From the NCBI GenBank assembly GCA_965205975.1, contig OZ242195.1, positions 4,064,001 through 4,128,000 of the forward strand: 64,000 nucleotides of DNA, in the 5' to 3' direction. The stretch is from Candidatus Latescibacterota bacterium (GTDB taxonomy: Bacteria > Latescibacterota > UBA2968). Below the pieces are notes generated by a model. That model saw only the letters and a program-made list of their open reading frames with translations. It did no database searches and had not been told where the DNA came from. Below are positions 59,660 through 64,000 of this stretch, one piece after another (positions within the stretch are counted from its first letter, which is position 1; every line of letters starts with the position of its first letter). Both the position numbers and the translations under genes were made by a program.

Positions 59660-59988
59660 GCGGTCACCATTCTTTTGAAAAACTTCGCGCCCGCATGACA
59701 CCCGAACGCCGGGCTTACAATGCGGCGAAAACCAAAGAATTATTGGCGGAAATATCCCTGCGCGAACTTCGCCAGGCCCGCGCTCAGTCTCAGGCTGATC
59801 TGGCAAAACGCTTGCAGGTTGAGCGGCAAGCCATTGCTGAGATGGAACGCCGCGCCGATATGTATGTCGGCAATCTCCGGCGCTGTATTGAAGGCATGGG
59901 CGGCAGGCTGGAGGTCGTAGCACACTTTCCCAAAGGCAGTGTCACAATCACAAATTTCAGTGAAGTTGACGCTAAAACTGATGAATAA
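59656..59988 (+). CDS. XRE/HTH antitoxin (HigA-like)
   Basis: L.ELRQA...SQ..LA..L.V.....E.R.DM; ATGA overlap. Confidence 0.92.
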   Translation: MSGHHSFEKLRARMTPERRAYNAAKTKELLAEISLRELRQARAQSQADLAKRLQVERQAIAEMERRADMYVGNLRRCIEGMGGRLEVVAHFPKGSVTITNFSEVDAKTDE

Positions 59989-60020
59989 CCGCAACCTATA
60001 ACACCCGAAAGGAACCCAAC

Positions 60021-61430
60021 ATGGCAGACAAACCCGTCTTATTGACCGACGAGCAAATGCAGCAATTCATCCGCGATGGATATTTGATCCTCCACCCCGA
60101 CTTCCCGGAGGGATTTCACGAAAAAGTCTATAAACGCATCGACGAATCCTTTGAAAAAAACAACGGCAGAAATCCCGGTAACAACCTCCTCCCAGCCGTA
60201 CCAGAACTGCAAGACGTATGGGATCACCCCATTGTCCACGGCGCATTTTCCAGCATCCTCGGACCCGATTATTATTTGCACCTGCACCGCCACGTTCACG
60301 AAAGCCGTCCGGGCAGCGATGCGCGCACCATGCACAAAGACAGCTTGCACAACAGCCGATTTTGCGCCGACCAAAACCGCCGCCACCACCACTGCCGCTG
60401 GATGATGGCGATGTATTACCCCCAGGACACACCCCGTGAAATGGGACCGACCAGCGTAACCCCCAGATCGCAATACATCACCGCCCGCGACCAGGAAGGA
60501 GAACACCTCTTCACATCCGGACCCGCGGGAACCGTCGCACTCATCCACTACGACATCCTGCACAAAAAAGAAGCCAACTATACAGACATCACGCGCCACA
60601 TGGTCAAATTCCTGTTCACGCGCATGACTGAGCCTACCGAACCGACATGGGATCACAGCGATGAAACCTGGGTCGCATCCGACGATCCACAAGAACCGAC
60701 ATGGCAGGCCATGTGGAACTGGCACCTGGGCAAAGCACCCGAACACGCGAGCAACGGGGCATCCATCGAAACCCTGAGCGGGCAACTCGCCAATCCAGAC
60801 GAAGCCGCCGCCCTCAATGCATCCTACACCCTCGGATTACAGGGCGAAAAAGCGATCCCCGCCATGATTGACGCACTCAGTGATGCGGAAGATGAAGCCC
60901 CACCGCGAAACGCCGGATACGGATTCACAAACGTCGGCGAAATCGCCGTACCCGCACTGCTCGAACTCACCAAAAATCCGGACCCAAAAATCCGCATGCG
61001 CGCAGTCGATGTACTCGGCGACCTGGGCTTGCGAGCAAAATCAGCCACGCCCGACCTCATCGCCCTGTTGCAGGACACCGACGAAGACACACGCGCACAC
61101 GCCGCAGAATCCCTGGGCACCATTAGCCAGAACACCACGGAAGCCGTGCGCCCGCTCGCCGACATCCTATCTACAGATGAAAGCGACTTTGTGCGACGCA
61201 ATGCCGCCCTCTCCCTCGCGCGATTGGGCATCCATGCCGAAGAAGCCATTCCCGAATTGGCAGACGCCATGCGCGATGGCAACCACTACGTTCGCGGATT
61301 TGCGGTACACGGCCTCTATCGCATCGGCACGCTCGAAGCGCTCAGAGCCGCCATGCATCGCCTCCAGGCACTGCGCTGGGACAGCGAACCCAGAGGTCAG
61401 ACACAAAGAAGACCCAAAAAGGTAGCTTAA
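60021..61430 (+). CDS. PhyH-family dioxygenase fused to HEAT repeats
   Basis: MHKD, YYPQD, DILH; C-terminal D....R..A...LG repeats. Confidence 0.88.
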   Translation: MADKPVLLTDEQMQQFIRDGYLILHPDFPEGFHEKVYKRIDESFEKNNGRNPGNNLLPAVPELQDVWDHPIVHGAFSSILGPDYYLHLHRHVHESRPGSDARTMHKDSLHNSRFCADQNRRHHHCRWMMAMYYPQDTPREMGPTSVTPRSQYITARDQEGEHLFTSGPAGTVALIHYDILHKKEANYTDITRHMVKFLFTRMTEPTEPTWDHSDETWVASDDPQEPTWQAMWNWHLGKAPEHASNGASIETLSGQLANPDEAAALNASYTLGLQGEKAIPAMIDALSDAEDEAPPRNAGYGFTNVGEIAVPALLELTKNPDPKIRMRAVDVLGDLGLRAKSATPDLIALLQDTDEDTRAHAAESLGTISQNTTEAVRPLADILSTDESDFVRRNAALSLARLGIHAEEAIPELADAMRDGNHYVRGFAVHGLYRIGTLEALRAAMHRLQALRWDSEPRGQTQRRPKKVA

Positions 61431-61433
61431 GAG

Positions 61434-63026
61434 ATGGCCTGGAACCCCGTGACCAAACACATCTCAACGCAACCCAACATCATCATCTTCCTCGTCGATG
61501 ACATGGGCACGGGCGACACCAGCGCGTATCAGGACTGGACCGGCAACCGCGACGACGAACAACTCCACACCCCCAGCCTGGAACGCCTTGCGCGCCTGGG
61601 CGTGCGCTTTACCGATGCACACACGCCATCAACCGTCTGCACCCCCACGCGCTACGCCCTCCTCACCGGACGCTACTGCTGGCGCACGCAACTCAAACAC
61701 AAAGTCGCCTTTGGTCCCCACTATCCGCCACTCATCGAAAAAGAACGACCCACACTCGCCACCATCCTCAAAGAAGCCGGATATCGCACGGGCATCTCGG
61801 GCAAATGGCATGTGGGCCTGACCTACACAAAATCCGACGGCTCACCCGCTGAAGGCTGGGACGACGCAGACGTGCGCCAACCCCTGACCGACTGCCCCGA
61901 AGAACACGGCTTTGACTACCACTTCATCACCAACCGAAGCCATGGAACCTCTGGCAATGCGGGCTGGATCGAAAACCGCCGCTGCATCGGCGCAACCGGC
62001 GAAAACCCTCACGACATCGCGGGTTACGACCTGTACAAAACCGGATCCATGAACTTTCAGCACGCCGTTGGTTTTCTCAATGATCATCTCACAAAAGACA
62101 CAAAACAACAACCCTTCTTCCTCTACTACGCCGCCAACGCCAATCACACACCCCACACGCCGTGCGACGCCCTCAACGGCGTACCCATCGCGGGACAGGC
62201 GCACTTCAAAAACGGCAAGCGCGAACTCTCGCGCCCACACGCCACCACCAACGATCCCAATGGCTGGGAAAGCACCGAATGGGGCAAACAGCGCGACCAG
62301 GTCGGCGGCTGCGAGCACAACACGCCCGAACGCCTCGACTTCATATACGAAAACGACGTCGCAGTCGGCCAATTGCTCAACTACCTCGAAACCCACGACG
62401 ACCCGCGCAACCCGGGCCACAAACTCATCGACAACACCCTCTTCATCTTCTCCAGCGACAACGGCGCGGAAAACGCGGGCAAAGAATCCAGCGGCTACTA
62501 CCGCGGTCGCAAAGCCCACATCCACGAAGGCGGCCATCGCGTGCCCACAATCGCCTTCTGGAAACAGGGCAACATCGGCGACGGCAACGACGCGACCTCC
62601 GGGCGCACCAGCCACATCACGTATGGACTCAACGACCTCATATTATCCATCGCAGACCTCGTCGGCATCGAAGCATCCTCACGCCAAGGATTTGCCGAAG
62701 ACAGCACCAGCATCGCGCCCTTTCTCACGGGCCTGAAAGACGATGAATTTGAACCCCACCCCCTCGTCCTCCACGACGACTACATCATGGGCCCCATGCT
62801 CTCGCTGCGAGATGGCGATTGGAAATTGATCGTCGGGCAAGAACTCATTACAGAAGACGCATTAAAACACCACGCCCTCTTCAACTTAAAAGACAACCCC
62901 ACAGAAGACGAACGCCAGAACCTCATCACATCAGAACAACACAGCCACCTCGTCGAATCCCTCTCCGAAAAATTACTCGATATTTATCACCAGAGGAACA
63001 CCCATGCAAACGCCCTTCCCAGCTAA
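61434..63026 (+). CDS. Formylglycine-dependent sulfatase
   Basis: PNII.FL.DD, CTPTRYALLTG, GKWH, SSDNG, EGGHRVP. Confidence 0.95.
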   Translation: MAWNPVTKHISTQPNIIIFLVDDMGTGDTSAYQDWTGNRDDEQLHTPSLERLARLGVRFTDAHTPSTVCTPTRYALLTGRYCWRTQLKHKVAFGPHYPPLIEKERPTLATILKEAGYRTGISGKWHVGLTYTKSDGSPAEGWDDADVRQPLTDCPEEHGFDYHFITNRSHGTSGNAGWIENRRCIGATGENPHDIAGYDLYKTGSMNFQHAVGFLNDHLTKDTKQQPFFLYYAANANHTPHTPCDALNGVPIAGQAHFKNGKRELSRPHATTNDPNGWESTEWGKQRDQVGGCEHNTPERLDFIYENDVAVGQLLNYLETHDDPRNPGHKLIDNTLFIFSSDNGAENAGKESSGYYRGRKAHIHEGGHRVPTIAFWKQGNIGDGNDATSGRTSHITYGLNDLILSIADLVGIEASSRQGFAEDSTSIAPFLTGLKDDEFEPHPLVLHDDYIMGPMLSLRDGDWKLIVGQELITEDALKHHALFNLKDNPTEDERQNLITSEQHSHLVESLSEKLLDIYHQRNTHANALPS

Positions 63027-64000
63027 ACTACCACTTGAAAAACCGGACCGCGAACTCAGCGCCTCAATGGAGCGCATGTACGATATATGGAACCCCCATG
63101 AAGATCGCGGCAATGAATTCTTCAGCAACTTCAAATACTCCCCCCTCGCGGGATTCTCACGAGAACCCAACGTCTCCCGCCGCGACCCATCCAAAATCCT
63201 CCGCATTGACGGCACCTATTACGTCTGGTACACATGCCGGCGCACACAAGGCCCGCCCGTCGGACACGAAAACGCCACCGACGAAATTCCCTCTGTCGAT
63301 TGGGACCTCGCAGACATCTGGTATGCCACCAGCGAAGACGGCTTTCACTGGGAAGAACGGGGACCAGCCGCCACCCGCCCACCAAAAGGCGAATTTGGCT
63401 GGCGCTCAAACTGCACCCCCGACATCCTCGTCTGGAAAAACAAATACTACCTCTACCACCAGGCATACAGCGAAGTCATTCAGGGCGGCGACTCGTGCCC
63501 CGTCACCATCGCCATCGCCGACTCTCCCCAGGGCCCCTGGACGCGACTGGGCAAACCCATTGTGGAACCCGGCGAACCCGACGACTGGGATTGCAACTGC
63601 ATACACGACCCATTCCCCCTCATCTACAAAGGCAAAATCCACATGTATTACAAAGGCTCGCCCGGCCAAAAACGCGGCGGCGCAAACATCATCCGCGCTC
63701 AGGGCGTTGCCATAGCCGACCATCCGGAAGGACCATACAAAAAATCATCGCTAAACCCCGTCCTCAACTCCGGTCACGAAACCTGTCTGTGGCCCTACAA
63801 AGAAGGCATCGCCGCAATCGTCAGCCTGGACGGACCCGAAAAAAACACCGTACAATACGCGCATGATGGCCTCCATTTCGAAATGAAATCCCTGCTCCAG
63901 GTACCCCCCGTCGCGCCCGGACCCTTTGTGCCCGACGCATTTGCCGACAACGGCGACGGACGCGGCATCACCTGGGGATTGTGCCACATCAACCCGGATG
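63004..64000 (+). CDS. Glycoside hydrolase family 117-like (runs off the window; absent from the ORF track)
   Basis: Own translation from ATG 63004: LSASMER, FKY..L.G, SRRDPS, YYVWYT, DWDL.DIWYATS.DG..W.E, HDP, GHET. Confidence 0.85.
   Translation, partial: MQTPFPAKLPLEKPDRELSASMERMYDIWNPHEDRGNEFFSNFKYSPLAGFSREPNVSRRDPSKILRIDGTYYVWYTCRRTQGPPVGHENATDEIPSVDWDLADIWYATSEDGFHWEERGPAATRPPKGEFGWRSNCTPDILVWKNKYYLYHQAYSEVIQGGDSCPVTIAIADSPQGPWTRLGKPIVEPGEPDDWDCNCIHDPFPLIYKGKIHMYYKGSPGQKRGGANIIRAQGVAIADHPEGPYKKSSLNPVLNSGHETCLWPYKEGIAAIVSLDGPEKNTVQYAHDGLHFEMKSLLQVPPVAPGPFVPDAFADNGDGRGITWGLCHINPD

Overview
Bacterial chromosomal window with no rRNA, tRNA or CRISPR array detected. Several PhyH-type dioxygenases, a sulfatase, a GH117 enzyme and many toxin-antitoxin (TA) modules suggest a marine, possibly sponge-associated heterotroph; this is inference only. 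Layout: (1) 0-7.6 kb: pdxJ/pdxH, small accessory genes including an integron-cassette-like nucleotidyltransferase, and an ECF sigma gene behind a structured, terminator-containing leader. (2) 7.6-14 kb: minus-strand catabolic cluster. (3) 14.1-17.6 kb: islet with a complete IS256 (8-bp target duplication), two micro-ORFs and an AT-rich gene for a membrane-anchored LytTR protein. (4) 20.6-52.4 kb: the dominant feature. It holds seven ~800-aa MacB/FtsX-type ABC permease paralogues, one adaptor, two ATPases and an embedded ECF sigma, arranged in two blocks. Each block starts with an identical 43-bp enhancer-like sequence and a sigma54 promoter at identical spacing. A ~9-kb zone of duplicated, deleted and chimeric TA modules separates the blocks and begins at permease 3' ends. 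(5) 52.5-64 kb: PcfJ-like protein, TPP enzyme, two 3x12-bp repeat arrays, and an oxidoreductase/dioxygenase/sulfatase/GH117 cluster. All family calls come from reading motifs by eye; no database searches were run.
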